From Betaproteobacteria bacterium (GTDB lineage: Bacteria; Pseudomonadota; Gammaproteobacteria; Burkholderiales; Ferrovaceae), in the NCBI GenBank assembly GCA_028868905.1, contig JAGWTQ010000001.1:684-64683 (forward strand): DNA of 64,000 bases, written 5' to 3'. This document shows, piece by piece, positions 62,600 through 64,000 of the stretch (positions within the stretch are counted from its first letter, which is position 1; every line of letters starts with the position of its first letter). The notes under the pieces are model-generated. The model was not told the DNA's origin and did not search any database. It saw nothing but the letters and a program-made list of their open reading frames with translations. The position numbers and the translations under genes are program-made.

Positions 62600-62686
62600 C
62601 GACGACCTCCATAGTCGCGTCCGCAAGCAGGGCAATGCCCTGGGACTTGCAACCGACTCTTTCTCCAGACATCCGGAGGTCCAGGA

Positions 62687-64000
62687 ATGTTTCGCCAAAA
62701 AAACATGGCCCTGACAACAGCAGCCGCTAGCGTGGTTCTTGCGCTGTCTGCCTGCGGAGGGAGCTCTTCCAGCACCCCTTCGCTGATCACGGCCAATGCA
62801 CTGCAAACTGCAACCCCCATCAAGCACCTGGTGGTGATCTACAACGAAAACGTTTCCTTCGATCACTACTTTGGCACCTATCCCAACGCAACCAACCCCG
62901 CCGGCTCTCCGTCTTTCACGGCCACCGGCGGAACGCCCGCCGTCAACGGGCTGACGACAGCGCTCCTGACCAGCAACCCGACGGCACAAAACTCCAAAAA
63001 CGGAACCGGGGCCGTCAACCCCTTCCGCCTGGACCGCTCCCAAGCCGCCACGGCCGACCAGGGGCATGCCTATACCGCGGAACAGCAGGCCTATGACAAT
63101 GGTGCTGTGGACCTGTTCCCGTACTACACGGGCAAAGGCACCGGCGGCAGCACAGGCTCGTCGGCAACGACCGGTCAGGTCATGGGCTACTACGATGGCA
63201 ATACGGTGACGGCGCTGTGGAACTATGCCCAGCATTTCGCCATGAACGACAATGCGTTCACAGACACCTACGGCCCTTCCACGCCGGGCGCACTGGAAGC
63301 CATTTCCGGACAGACCAACGGCGTGCAGCTGGTGGCCACCACCAAGCAGCCGTTTACGCTGGCCGCCTATTCCTACTACATCAATGACGGGCAAGGTGGA
63401 TACAGCCTGATCAACGATGTGGACCCCGGCTACGATGTCTGCTCCAGCACCACGGACCAGGTCATGATGTCCGGAAAAAACATCGGCGACCTGCTCAATG
63501 CCGCAAACGTGACCTGGGGTGGATTCATGGGGGGCTTCAACCTGGGCACCGCCAACGCCAACGGAACGACCGGTTGCAAGCTCAGCACCTACTCGCCGGT
63601 CGTCAACGGCACGGTGACGGACTACATTCCGCACCACAACTGGTTCCAGTACTACAAAACCACGGCCAACCCCACCCACGCCCGCCCCAGTTCACTGCAA
63701 TCCGTGGGATACACGTACCAGGCCGACGGCAAAACCCTGGATCCGGCCAATCATCAGTATGACCTGCAGGATTTCTACTCCGCGGTGAAGTCAGGCAATT
63801 TCCCTGCCGTTAGCTTCCTCAAGGCCCCGGCTTACCAGGATGCCCATGCCGGCTATTCTGACCCGCTGGATGAGCAGGCCTTCGTCACCCAGGTGATCAA
63901 CTTCCTGCAACAGCAACCGGACTGGAAAAATACCGTGGTGGTCGTCACCTATGACGATTCGGATGGCTGGTACGACCATGCCTACGTCAGCCCGACCAGC
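62687..64000 (+). CDS. Phosphoesterase-family lipoprotein (AcpA acid phosphatase / non-haemolytic phospholipase C family), 3' end outside the window
   Basis: GGAGG SD and lipobox LALSAC. IKHLVVIYNENVSFDHYFGTYP and VVVTYDDSDGWYDH are phosphoesterase-family hallmarks. The frame stays open to base 64000. It is not in the supplied ORF track because it has no stop. Confidence 0.85.
   Translation, partial: MFRQKNMALTTAAASVVLALSACGGSSSSTPSLITANALQTATPIKHLVVIYNENVSFDHYFGTYPNATNPAGSPSFTATGGTPAVNGLTTALLTSNPTAQNSKNGTGAVNPFRLDRSQAATADQGHAYTAEQQAYDNGAVDLFPYYTGKGTGGSTGSSATTGQVMGYYDGNTVTALWNYAQHFAMNDNAFTDTYGPSTPGALEAISGQTNGVQLVATTKQPFTLAAYSYYINDGQGGYSLINDVDPGYDVCSSTTDQVMMSGKNIGDLLNAANVTWGGFMGGFNLGTANANGTTGCKLSTYSPVVNGTVTDYIPHHNWFQYYKTTANPTHARPSSLQSVGYTYQADGKTLDPANHQYDLQDFYSAVKSGNFPAVSFLKAPAYQDAHAGYSDPLDEQAFVTQVINFLQQQPDWKNTVVVVTYDDSDGWYDHAYVSPTS

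Noticed and set aside
62588-63679. 363-aa minus-strand ORF, the only long ORF listed by the track in this region
   Set aside because: The plus strand carries an open frame from 62687 to the window end, with a lipobox and phosphoesterase-family motifs (NVSFDHYFGTYP, DDSDGWYDH). The track omits it only because it lacks a stop. The minus-strand ORF is its shadow.
56103-64000. Genomic island integrated at tRNA-Arg
   Set aside because: I could find no integrase or recombinase gene, no direct repeat of the tRNA 3' end, and no evident composition shift inside the window. It is kept only as a low-interest boundary note.

Overview
Visibly GC-rich chromosomal segment with betaproteobacterial-type gene order. 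It is almost entirely housekeeping and very densely packed: 56 CDS and one tRNA, with many 1-4 nt start/stop overlaps and several convergent 3' coding overlaps. Gene order: ntrB (5'-truncated)-ntrC; phrB-xth; yqgE-ruvX-pyrB-pyrC'; prlC; a metH-mpl-RNase II-like-TonB-like string; a sigma54/NtrC-type promoter in front of porin-glnK-amtB; ubiK; a TctDE-like two-component pair divergent from a CzcCBA-type HME-RND efflux operon; comM; Rrf2-sufBCDSU-sufT divergent from gshA-gshB; a ddl-like ligase outside any dcw context; ppc; hemCDXY; a ferredoxin-NAD(P) reductase; an SDR; aroQ-accBC-prmA; gcvH-like-tpx-pfkB-acyltransferase; apaH; a membrane-tethered cytochrome c5; tRNA-Arg(CCG). Only 56.1-64 kb looks accessory. 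It holds a four-gene periplasmic sulfur-compound module: a pentaheme cytochrome whose C-terminal third is TsdA-like, a Tat-signal orphan solute-binding protein, an exported DsrE-like protein, and a YeeE/YedE channel. This is followed by a secreted lipase-like hydrolase and a Pho-box-preceded AcpA/phospholipase-C-family lipoprotein (3'-truncated). I saw no mobile elements, CRISPR arrays, rRNA or recognisable defence genes. The best candidate for something undescribed is the TsdA-fusion module. Its proposed function is inference from motif-level reading; no database search was possible. Long antisense ORFs in the track are treated as GC-driven shadow ORFs.
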